Source: Dehalococcoidales bacterium (GTDB lineage Bacteria; Chloroflexota; Dehalococcoidia; Dehalococcoidales; UBA1222). Taken from it: a stretch of 64,000 nucleotides of DNA. The position numbers and the translations under genes were made by a program. The notes beneath the pieces were generated by a model. It was not told where the DNA came from and did not search any database. It was given only the letters and a program-made list of their open reading frames with translations. The DNA lies in assembly GCA_016286345.1 (NCBI GenBank), contig JAEESL010000001.1, positions 50,219 through 114,218 of the forward strand, read 5' to 3'. Shown in pieces: positions 53,932-62,608 of the stretch; the stretch's first letter is position 1; every line of letters starts with the position of its first letter.

Positions 53932-54468
53932 CCGTATCCAGAAGCAGGTCCATGTCTTTTCCTCCGCGACAGGTAAACTAACATGCTTTTAATTAATGAT
54001 AATGGATTATGAAGATAGATAAAAAGGTCCCTGTCGATCAATATGCCTAAATTGATATTCCTATATACATGAATGATCCATACAAATGATTAATCACCAA
54101 AATAGAACCTTTATACTCCGCTGACCTGCATTTTCATACTGAAATCAAAATAATTCCGATAATACCGATTATTATTTCTGATTAATAAATAATATTTTTA
54201 TTTTAGATAAGTTTTTATTATCGAGTCCAATAAAATACAGTTTTCGTCAATGGTCGCAAAAAGTGACTTTTATTACTTTTTGTAACTTTCGTGTCACTTT
54301 TTTTCATACGATAATCAACTTGACTCCAAGTCTTGCAACTTAACAATCCGCCTTACAAATTTAATTGAAGGACCACCTTTATCAAATGATAAATAAAAAA
54401 AATAATCATAAAAGGAGGTAGCTGAAAAGAAACATATTCTTTTTTCCCGGAATTATTAAGGAGGATTT

Positions 54469-55167
54469 ATGAAAGATAAAGACGAAGAAAAGGCGGTACT
54501 GTCAAGACGTCAATTTCTTAAGGACGCCGGTATCGTTCTGGGCACCTCAGCAGTCGGTTCAGCTGCTCTTCTTTCCGCATGCGGAACCAATGAAATAACC
54601 AAGACTGACACAGTCACAAAAACATCGACCGTGACCAAAAACGTCACGACTACCGTGGTAGAAAAAGAAACTCTGCCCCTGCCTATCGAAACAGAAAATG
54701 GCAGACTTCTGATCTCATTCACAGTCAATGGCAAGAAATTCGATGCCACAGTCGAACCCAGAGAAACCCTGCATCATCTGCTTCATGAACAGCTCGGATT
54801 CAAATCCGTAAAGACGTTCTGCAGCAGAGGCGGATGCGGTTCATGCAGCGTTCTTCTTGACGGAAGACCTGTTTTATCTTGCATGACTTTTGCATCATCA
54901 GTCGGAGGAAAAGATATCTGGACATCCGACGGCATCGGCAAGGAAATGCCTGAACTGATCGAAGCTTATATCGACAACGAATGTATGCAGTGCGGTTACT
55001 GCACTCCCGGTTTCATCGTAACTGCAGCTGCTCTTTTGAAACGTAATGGCAATCCTTCAACAGATGAAATAAGAGAGGCATTGGCAGGGAACTTATGCAG
55101 ATGCGGTACATATCCCGTCCACATCAAAGCAGTTCACGAAGCTGCCTCAGCAATGGGAGGTAAATAG
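54469..55167 (+). CDS. XDH/aldehyde-oxidoreductase family [2Fe-2S] small subunit with Tat signal and lipobox (module 2)
   Basis: SRRQFLK, then LLSAC, then a Thr-rich linker. 2Fe-2S motifs CSRGGCGSCSV and CGYCTPGF...CRCG. Confidence 0.85.
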   Translation: MKDKDEEKAVLSRRQFLKDAGIVLGTSAVGSAALLSACGTNEITKTDTVTKTSTVTKNVTTTVVEKETLPLPIETENGRLLISFTVNGKKFDATVEPRETLHHLLHEQLGFKSVKTFCSRGGCGSCSVLLDGRPVLSCMTFASSVGGKDIWTSDGIGKEMPELIEAYIDNECMQCGYCTPGFIVTAAALLKRNGNPSTDEIREALAGNLCRCGTYPVHIKAVHEAASAMGGK

Positions 55168-55169
55168 AG

Positions 55170-57581
55170 ATGGCTGATGAGTATAAAGACGATTTCTTAT
55201 ATGTAGGAAAAGATTACAGAAGAAAAGACGGCCCGGAAAAGGCGATGGGCACGGCGATCTATGCGTCTGATATCACACTTCCCAACTCACTGTTCGCAAA
55301 GGTCATGACCTGTCCCTGGGCTCACGCCAAGATCAAGAAGATGGACACATCCAAAGCTGAGAAGATCGAAGGCGTTGTCGACATCATAAGATATGATGAC
55401 CCTAGGATCAAAGATACCAAACTGATGTCATCATGGAACCATCCGTTTACTGCATATCTGACAGAAAACGTTGAAGAACTCAAGGATTTTCTTCCTTCCG
55501 AAGGCTTCTATGACGGCGAAGAAATGGGTGTGATCATCGTTGCAGAAAGCGAAGATATCTGCGAAGAAGCCATGAACGCAGTTGAAGTCGAATGGGAACA
55601 GCTTCCTTTTGTGCTCGATCCTGAAGATTCCATCAAAAAAGATGCTCCTATCTATTATCCCGGTAGAGAGACTATGATCGGCAATGGCAACGAGATCCCT
55701 GGATGTGAATTCTCCATGGGCGATGTTGACAAAGCATTCAAAGAATCCGATGAAGTTTGGACCGTACCAGTAGCAGAACCTATGATCAACTGGGTCGGTG
55801 CCGAAATGCCGCAGGTCACCTGTAATTGGGAGGGCGAAGACGTTGTTGTTTATGCCCACACCCAGCAGCCGTATGACCTGAGCCTTTATACTGCAGCCAA
55901 CCTCGGCCTCAAACAGTGCCAGGTCAAGGTCATCACACCATATTCAGGCGGTACCTTCGGTGAACGTGCTTTCGTCCAGCATTTCAATGATCAGGGCATC
56001 ACATACATTGCCGCAATGGTTGCCAAACAGCACAAGCGACCATGTAAATGCTTTATCAACCGGGCTGACCAGTTCCGGTCCGCCAGATCCCAGTGTTACA
56101 TGCATGGAGAGATCAAGATCGGTGCCAATAAGAATGGTAAGATCAATGCTGTCAGCATCAAGAACTTCACGTCCCACCAGAGAGCCGGTCTGTGGATCAC
56201 CGGCAGCGCATATTCCGGTTATGACCACTTCACAGACAATACCTGTGTCCAGAACATCAAGATGGAAGATCACTGTGCCGTAACATCCCAGCCGCCCGGA
56301 TGGTGGTTCAGATGTGAACAGAATATCGGTTCATACAACCTGGGTATCGTTAACAGTGAAGTTGCACATAAATTCGGACTCGATCCGACTGATGTCGCTA
56401 TCCTGAACAACGGTTATGAAGGCCACGATGTCGATTATCTGTACAACATCGCTAAAGAACACGGTCTTCCGACCCGAGACAGCCTCAAAGCCTGTATCGA
56501 GACCGGTAAGAAAGCTTTTGGCTGGGACAGCAAGTTCCATGCCGACGGAGCCAAGAAGCTGCCTAACGGCAGATATCATGGTGTAGGTTTCATCTGGGAT
56601 CATGCCTGGAATGACAATGTCAACACCATTACCGTCGGTCTCAGCCTCAACCAGGACGGTTCTGTCAACATCCTGGGACAGAGAGACGACCTCGGAACAA
56701 ATGATAAGACGACATATTCTCAGATAGCTGCCGAATGTATCGGTATCCCATATGAAATGGTGAACTACCGATGCGGAGATTCTACAGCTCCTTTCCAGTT
56801 AAAGAACCCCGGCGGTTCAATGGGTGTCATCTCACAGTCCAGAGGTATCATGAGAGCTGCAAAGAAACTGCGAACTGCGATCTTTGATAAGGCTCTTACC
56901 CTCAATCTTCCTGAATTCAAGGATGCAGTCGTCGATGACCTCGATCTCAAAGAAGGATATGTATTCAAGAAATCCGCACCGAATGCAAAAGTACATATTT
57001 CCGACATCGCAGCCACCTGTCTTCCTTATGCAACACAGCCTTGGGGCATTTCCTGCAAGGGAGTCATCATGGTCTACGATACGAACGTGACCAAACGAAA
57101 GTGGGGATATCCTGACGGCGGCACCCGACCGCGATTCGCACGACAGTGCCATTTCATTGAAGTCGAAGTAGATCCCGATACCGGTGAGATATTCATGACT
57201 AATATCAACAATGTTGTTGATGTCGGTGTTGTTATCTCTCCGAAATCCTGCAGAGGCCAGGCATATGGCGGTGCCATGCAGGGCTTAGGCCGAGCATATT
57301 CGGAAGAGTACATCTACGATAAGACCTATGGCGTGATCCTCAATCCTGATCTCCAGGAATACAAGATCGTAACTATGCTTGATTTTGAAACTGCCGAAGC
57401 AGAACTTGAAGAATCCCACAACGCCGGTGGTGAATGGGGCTGCGGTGGTATCGGCGAAGATGTCGCTACTCTTATCCCGGCAATTTTATCTGATGCTGTC
57501 AGAAATGCAATCGGCGTAAGCATCACAGAACAGCCGATCACCCCTGACAAGATCATCATGGCACTCAAGGATAAGAAGTAG
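55170..57581 (+). CDS. XDH/aldehyde-oxidoreductase family molybdopterin-binding large subunit (module 2)
   Basis: 803 aa. YSGGTFGER and a C-terminal GCGGIGED context. Collinear with the module-1 large subunit. Confidence 0.85.
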   Translation: MADEYKDDFLYVGKDYRRKDGPEKAMGTAIYASDITLPNSLFAKVMTCPWAHAKIKKMDTSKAEKIEGVVDIIRYDDPRIKDTKLMSSWNHPFTAYLTENVEELKDFLPSEGFYDGEEMGVIIVAESEDICEEAMNAVEVEWEQLPFVLDPEDSIKKDAPIYYPGRETMIGNGNEIPGCEFSMGDVDKAFKESDEVWTVPVAEPMINWVGAEMPQVTCNWEGEDVVVYAHTQQPYDLSLYTAANLGLKQCQVKVITPYSGGTFGERAFVQHFNDQGITYIAAMVAKQHKRPCKCFINRADQFRSARSQCYMHGEIKIGANKNGKINAVSIKNFTSHQRAGLWITGSAYSGYDHFTDNTCVQNIKMEDHCAVTSQPPGWWFRCEQNIGSYNLGIVNSEVAHKFGLDPTDVAILNNGYEGHDVDYLYNIAKEHGLPTRDSLKACIETGKKAFGWDSKFHADGAKKLPNGRYHGVGFIWDHAWNDNVNTITVGLSLNQDGSVNILGQRDDLGTNDKTTYSQIAAECIGIPYEMVNYRCGDSTAPFQLKNPGGSMGVISQSRGIMRAAKKLRTAIFDKALTLNLPEFKDAVVDDLDLKEGYVFKKSAPNAKVHISDIAATCLPYATQPWGISCKGVIMVYDTNVTKRKWGYPDGGTRPRFARQCHFIEVEVDPDTGEIFMTNINNVVDVGVVISPKSCRGQAYGGAMQGLGRAYSEEYIYDKTYGVILNPDLQEYKIVTMLDFETAEAELEESHNAGGEWGCGGIGEDVATLIPAILSDAVRNAIGVSITEQPITPDKIIMALKDKK

Positions 57582-57597
57582 GAGGGGGAAATAGACA

Positions 57598-58560
57598 ATG
57601 AAAAACTTTAAACAATATTATCCGACCACTGTTGATGAAGCAGCGAAATACCTGAAAGAAAATCCGAAGGATACCTATATTGTCGGCGGCGGCACTGATG
57701 TCATCGGTGCCATGAAGGATTTCATCTTACCTACTTATCCGGTCGCTTTGGTAAGCCTCGATAAGATCCCCGGTCTCACCGGGATCAAAGAGGAAGGCGA
57801 TTACCTTATCATCGGAGCCATGACTAAAGTTGAAGACCTTGCAATGAGTGATCTTCTGAAATCAAAGTACACATGTCTGGCTGAAGCAGCATCAAGAACG
57901 GCCTCTCCCCATCTGCGGGAATCAGGTACTGTCGGAGGCAACCTTTGCCAGATGACACGATGCTGGTACTTCCGACACAACAACAACCAGTTCGATTGTG
58001 TCCGAAAAGGCGGAAGCACCTGTTACGCTTTGACCGGTGAAACACGTTTCCACTCCATCTTCGGTCTGACCAAAATGTGTGCTGCAGTCAATCCTTCCGA
58101 CCTTGCTCCCGCAATGGTCGCACTCAATGCAGTTGCCGTTACCAACAAGAAGGAGATCCCCATCGAAAAACTGTGGTCATTTGCAGTCCCCGGTTCAACG
58201 ACTCTTGACCATGACGAGATCATCACATCATTCAAGATCCCCAAGTTCACCGGAAAGAGCTGTTTCTACAAAGCATCAGTCCGACGAACCATCGACTTCC
58301 CGATCGTAAACGGCGCATGTGCGATCGATGCATCCGGAAACGCAAGGATCTGCCTGAACGCAGTCGCGATGACACCTCACCGATGCACTGAAGCAGAAGA
58401 AACGATCAAAGGTAAATCGATCACAGAATCTCTTGCTGCAGAAGCCGGTGCAGCAGCAGTACAAAAGGCCAAGGCGATTCCAGGAACCGGTACCAGCAAT
58501 GAGTACAAGATCGAGATCGCCAAGGGTGTTATCAAGAAAGTAATACTCGGTTGTAAATAA
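57598..58560 (+). CDS. XDH family FAD-binding medium subunit (module 2)
   Basis: 320 aa. GGGTDVIG and TVGGNLCQ motifs. Confidence 0.8.
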   Translation: MKNFKQYYPTTVDEAAKYLKENPKDTYIVGGGTDVIGAMKDFILPTYPVALVSLDKIPGLTGIKEEGDYLIIGAMTKVEDLAMSDLLKSKYTCLAEAASRTASPHLRESGTVGGNLCQMTRCWYFRHNNNQFDCVRKGGSTCYALTGETRFHSIFGLTKMCAAVNPSDLAPAMVALNAVAVTNKKEIPIEKLWSFAVPGSTTLDHDEIITSFKIPKFTGKSCFYKASVRRTIDFPIVNGACAIDASGNARICLNAVAMTPHRCTEAEETIKGKSITESLAAEAGAAAVQKAKAIPGTGTSNEYKIEIAKGVIKKVILGCK

Positions 58561-58584
58561 CGATACCTCCATTTTTCATAATAA

Positions 58585-58620
58585 GAAAAGCTCTCTCCGG
58601 TGTGAGAGGGCTTTTCGTTT
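58585..58620 (+). terminator. Rho-independent terminator after molybdoenzyme operon 2
   Basis: gaaaagctctctc cggtgt gagagggcttttc, a 13-bp stem with one G.U pair, followed by gttt. Confidence 0.65.
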
Positions 58621-58645
58621 ATGCTGTTCCGTTATTAAGAATGGA

Positions 58646-59026
58646 TCAGCTTTCAGTTTTTTTCTCTTCTGCCTGGATCTCCGCAGACAGTTTATGCGCA
58701 AATTTGATATAACACTCCAGCATGGAATCGGTTTCCCACTGTTTTGCAAGTTCGGAATCTGCCGGTATATCTTCTTTCATATCGAGCATATGCAACAGAT
58801 GCTCTTCTTCTGTCTCATTGAGAGGGCAGTCTATCGCAAGACAATGTTCACGGCCATGACATATCCCGTCTTCAATGATCGTGTGTTTCACCAATGCCTG
58901 TCTCAGATAATCATCATAAAACGCCATATGTCTGACTTTATTGTTATAACCACAGACAGCAGCAAAGAACTGCTGTCCTGTCGGTAGATTCAGCTTTTTC
59001 CAATCCACATCATATATTTCTTTCAT
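58646..59026 (-). CDS. Hypothetical Cys/His-containing small protein
   Basis: 126-aa ORF placed 15 nt downstream of the 427-aa gene on the same strand. Contains the CHGREHCLAIDCP segment. Confidence 0.5.
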   Translation of the reverse strand: MKEIYDVDWKKLNLPTGQQFFAAVCGYNNKVRHMAFYDDYLRQALVKHTIIEDGICHGREHCLAIDCPLNETEEEHLLHMLDMKEDIPADSELAKQWETDSMLECYIKFAHKLSAEIQAEEKKTES

Positions 59027-59041
59027 CGATGATCCCTCTTG

Positions 59042-60325
59042 CTATTTTTCAGCGATGCAGTTCTGAGCGATCTGTCTGACCGGAGAACTGTCAAAGGCAC
59101 AGTTGATTATTCTGAGATTGTTGGAAGGTGTCGGAAGATCCAGGTTTTCACCGCCGGGTTCAGGAGGGATGAACACAACAAAATTACTGATCTGGGAAGT
59201 ATATTCATCGATCCATGCCGGAAGAGTGTTATAGAATCCGGCGATCTTCTTTCCGACTCCGATAACACTGTTGGGGATCCAGTGGCTGTCATGATCGGCA
59301 ACATGGATAGCATCCAATGCATTGCTATTCTTATAAAGCAGTATGGGATTCGCTTCCAGGACCGCTGCAGCCTTGCGGTACTCGACCTTTTTCAAAGATT
59401 CATTTGTAAATAAATACATCTCCTGCGGGACATAATTGATGGTCTGGACGCCGAAAAACTTTTTGTAATGTATGGATTCGCCCATGATATTGCAGAAAGC
59501 AACGGAATAAGGATACTGCGACTGCGAAAAATCGATCTCGTTATTCTCGGCAGGGATAGGTCCCGGGATCCTGTTGAACTTGACTGAGATCGACTGCTTA
59601 AGGTATTCCTTTCCGTCCATATTTTTCATTATCATCGAATAATACTGGGATATCTTGAACTCGTTGAGAAGAGTCATGACGATCCAGTTGCGATAGACAG
59701 CATCAAAAACGGTCTTGTATTTTTCCAGAATATTGCTGACAGCAGAATCCCTGAAAGCATTGAAATCATATTTTCCGACAAGCAGCATAAAAAGTATTTC
59801 ATAGCTGATATTATTCAGATATTGCATGGGGGCATGCGCCATCAGGTACTCTTCTGCCTTGGTATATATCAATTTTGCCTTAGGTTTTGAACCGGAAAGG
59901 TCATATCTCAGACGCTTCATAAAACCGGGCGTAGAATTGAAATCCTTGTAGAACTGTTCAAATTCATCTTCACTCACATCGATATCTTCAGAAATATTTA
60001 TCTTTGAATATGCGTCATAATGAAGACTGGAACGGCCATTGGGATTCCATTCAAATACCGGATGAAGGGGTTTCTCTGCGGCAGAGAGACTGCTGTCAGA
60101 TATCTTTTTCTCTGCATCGATGTAAACATCTCTCATATTCATAAGCAACGACAACATATCAGAACATTCCTCTGATATGAATGCCGAAAGGAACGAATCG
60201 CATACAGCGTAAAAATCCTTCTGCAGAGTCCTGGGGATCGACCGTGACTTCTCTGTGATCTTTATTTCGCTGTTAGCTTTGATAAAATCCTCAAGCGGAT
60301 CGAGTTTTTCCTGCCAATTAGCCAT
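59042..60325 (-). CDS. Hypothetical protein (orphan family A paralogue)
   Basis: 427-aa ORF convergent on molybdoenzyme operon 2. The N-terminus resembles the 464-aa ORF (M..W.E...L....N...IK.T..S.......FY..D). Confidence 0.6.
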   Translation of the reverse strand: MANWQEKLDPLEDFIKANSEIKITEKSRSIPRTLQKDFYAVCDSFLSAFISEECSDMLSLLMNMRDVYIDAEKKISDSSLSAAEKPLHPVFEWNPNGRSSLHYDAYSKINISEDIDVSEDEFEQFYKDFNSTPGFMKRLRYDLSGSKPKAKLIYTKAEEYLMAHAPMQYLNNISYEILFMLLVGKYDFNAFRDSAVSNILEKYKTVFDAVYRNWIVMTLLNEFKISQYYSMIMKNMDGKEYLKQSISVKFNRIPGPIPAENNEIDFSQSQYPYSVAFCNIMGESIHYKKFFGVQTINYVPQEMYLFTNESLKKVEYRKAAAVLEANPILLYKNSNALDAIHVADHDSHWIPNSVIGVGKKIAGFYNTLPAWIDEYTSQISNFVVFIPPEPGGENLDLPTPSNNLRIINCAFDSSPVRQIAQNCIAEK

Positions 60326-60384
60326 ATCGATAATTCTCTTTCAGTCATGAAATTCAGCATTCAGCTGACAGCAGACCGAACTGT

Positions 60385-61656
60385 TCAGCCGGAAAGTTCA
60401 TCTGCTTTTTTGATATATTCAGCTAAAGTCATCACTTTGCTGTTTTCGGTTTCTGATCTTGAGGTGAACGGGAAATTGATAATAAAGTTTTTCAGTCTCA
60501 ATTCATTCGGTTTCAATTCACTGTCCCTTTTTGAATACAGATAGATATGATATTTATACTCAGTCGGGATGATCGGTATGACCTTCAATAAACCGCCGAG
60601 CGTATCGATACCATGATCAGACGTCAGTGCAACATATGACTTGGAATGCAACAGAAATGAAAATGAAGGTGCAAATTCGGAGATGATCACATTGTTGCCG
60701 ATGCCATATTTATCAAGTATCGGTTCGAGCAGTCTGTACTCTTTGAAATTTCGCAACAGGATGGTACTGGATTTAAAATCAGAGATCTTTATATGCTCTT
60801 TTTCCGCAAGGGGATTGTCTGCAGACATGACATAACTTGCCGTATTCCCATACAGGAGGATCCTTTCATCAAACCTGTATTCTTCTTCGGATGAAGATAT
60901 TTTCAGATTGACTTCCTTGAGTCTTTCGGAATAAAGTTTTCCGATCTTCAACGCATATATTGAAACATCGGGATTCTTACCCATGTAATCAAAAATCAGC
61001 GAGGTCATCATATCCTTGTCGATATCGATCCCTGCACCCAGTATGACTCTCTTTTCAGTGAATTTTGATATGCCGCCTTTTACAGGTGAAGAAAAAGCCG
61101 TGTACAAACCGACGGGGATCGCCGAACAGAGTTTTTTCCCTAATTCGATATAACAATCCTTGTCACACTCCTTTTCGATCGAATCAAAGAAGACCTGCAC
61201 TGTCGTCAGTGAAAACATTTTCACGTCAAAAAGCATCTGGTCTTCTTTTTCTTTTTCTTCCCAATATGAAAGAGCGATGGACTTATAGTATCTTTCGATG
61301 TAGTTATAAAAATAAGTTCTGAAACAGTTCTGTCCCTGATATGTACTTATCGATTTATAGAATTTCTTGTCATTGGAAAAAATATTCGGGAGCAATTTTG
61401 TAACGAATTCCATCGGAGTCACAGTACTGATCTTTTCTTCGACATCATGAAAAAACACATAATTGAATAACGCATATTTGTCAGGGAAATAACGGTAGAA
61501 AGTCTGCCTGGAAGTCAGACTTCCGTCCATGATCATCTTAACCGTGATATCTTCGGCTGGATACTTACTGCACAATGATTTGGCAGTGTCGCAGAAACTG
61601 CGAAGCGTGACATTGAATTTAACCTGCTCAACATTATTAGCACACATGTTCACCAC
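60385..61656 (-). CDS. Transcriptional regulator: TetR/DhaS-like N-terminal HTH domain fused to a LysR-substrate-binding-like C-terminal domain
   Basis: HTH region ITVKMIMDGSLTSRQTFYRYFPDKYALFNYVF. The C-terminal ~220 aa show a PBP2/LysR_substrate-like pattern. The likely ATG start is at 61647; the ORF-track GTG start is at 61656. Confidence 0.6.
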   Translation of the reverse strand: MVNMCANNVEQVKFNVTLRSFCDTAKSLCSKYPAEDITVKMIMDGSLTSRQTFYRYFPDKYALFNYVFFHDVEEKISTVTPMEFVTKLLPNIFSNDKKFYKSISTYQGQNCFRTYFYNYIERYYKSIALSYWEEKEKEDQMLFDVKMFSLTTVQVFFDSIEKECDKDCYIELGKKLCSAIPVGLYTAFSSPVKGGISKFTEKRVILGAGIDIDKDMMTSLIFDYMGKNPDVSIYALKIGKLYSERLKEVNLKISSSEEEYRFDERILLYGNTASYVMSADNPLAEKEHIKISDFKSSTILLRNFKEYRLLEPILDKYGIGNNVIISEFAPSFSFLLHSKSYVALTSDHGIDTLGGLLKVIPIIPTEYKYHIYLYSKRDSELKPNELRLKNFIINFPFTSRSETENSKVMTLAEYIKKADELSG

Positions 61657-61738
61657 CTCTGATTACATGAGCTTAGAACAAAATCGTCGTGTCACATTAT
61701 GGTCATCTTTTATTGAGATAATTGTAACTGAAAAAGAA

Positions 61739-61786
61739 TTGTCACGCGAAGTGACAAATATGACCTGTTTGTCACTTACTGTGACA
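61739..61786. promoter_or_regulatory. Two TGTCAC-N5-GTGACA palindromic operator candidates in the divergent promoter region
   Basis: ttgtcac gcgaa gtgacaa (61739-61757) and ttgtcac ttact gtgaca (61769-61786), with centres about 30 bp apart. Confidence 0.5.
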
Positions 61787-61882
61787 TCATATGATAACTG
61801 TATCGTTCGTTTCAGATTGATTCTCTGTAAAATTAAACTACCAACCTGCTATCGCAGAAAATCATTCGACAGGAGATGCAAA

Positions 61883-62587
61883 ATGTTTGAATATCCTCTT
61901 CGTATCTTTGACAGAGTCCCGGTCATTGAACTGACAGGAGAGAAATTCATTATCGGGTTCGGCTGTCCTAAATCCTTCGGTTATCACGGTGTGAATCTGT
62001 GTGGAAAAAAAGTTGAAGTATATTCAAATGAAGACCTCACTGATGAGATAATCGAAAAAATGTGGACACTGCTCGGAGTCGGCAATGGCCTAACCGCCCT
62101 GATCGGCACAGATTTCCTTGCTGACTACGCAGTTGTGATGGATTACGCAAACAACAAGATCCAGTTCTGTGAAGAAGCTCCTGATTTTGAAGGAACAAAA
62201 ACAAACCTCGAGATGAAAGAAGGATATCCTGTTGCAGAATTCGTCATCAACGGAAATCCCGAGAAAATGATCATCGATTCCGCAGCCAAATTCTCCTGCC
62301 TCAACAGTGAACTGACCGCTGAATGTGAACAGATAACCACTAAGCAGAATTTTTTCATGAGATACAACTGTTTCAAGACTCATGTCACACCTATCTACAA
62401 TATCCCGGTGACAATAGACGAAGATACCGAAGATTATCAGTTCGGCATCTCATCACAGTATTCAAGGGAGATCTGCGATGAGATCGAGACCACCGGGATC
62501 ATCGGTTATGAATTCTTCAATAACTACAAGGTCTTGATCGACATGAAGAATGGTGTTTTAGGATACAGCAAAACACAGGCAGAATAG
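61883..62587 (+). CDS. Tandem retropepsin-like (clan AA aspartic-protease fold) protein, probably only one catalytic-type motif
   Basis: 234 aa from the ATG at 61883 (AGGAG 7 nt upstream). Two lobes end in ALIGTDFLADYAVVMDYANNKIQF and GIIGYEFFNNYKVLIDMKNGVLGY. Lobe 2 has IIDSAA; lobe 1 has IIGFGC. Confidence 0.55.
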   Translation: MFEYPLRIFDRVPVIELTGEKFIIGFGCPKSFGYHGVNLCGKKVEVYSNEDLTDEIIEKMWTLLGVGNGLTALIGTDFLADYAVVMDYANNKIQFCEEAPDFEGTKTNLEMKEGYPVAEFVINGNPEKMIIDSAAKFSCLNSELTAECEQITTKQNFFMRYNCFKTHVTPIYNIPVTIDEDTEDYQFGISSQYSREICDEIETTGIIGYEFFNNYKVLIDMKNGVLGYSKTQAE

Positions 62588-62608
62588 TATCCCTGTTTGT
62601 TTTAAGTT

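Noticed and set aside
61529-61882. The ORF-track start at 61529 for the retropepsin-like gene, which would give a 352-aa product.
   Set aside because: The extension overlaps the 5' end of the divergent regulator gene and runs through the operator-rich intergenic region. An ATG at 61883 with AGGAG 7 nt upstream fits the domain start.
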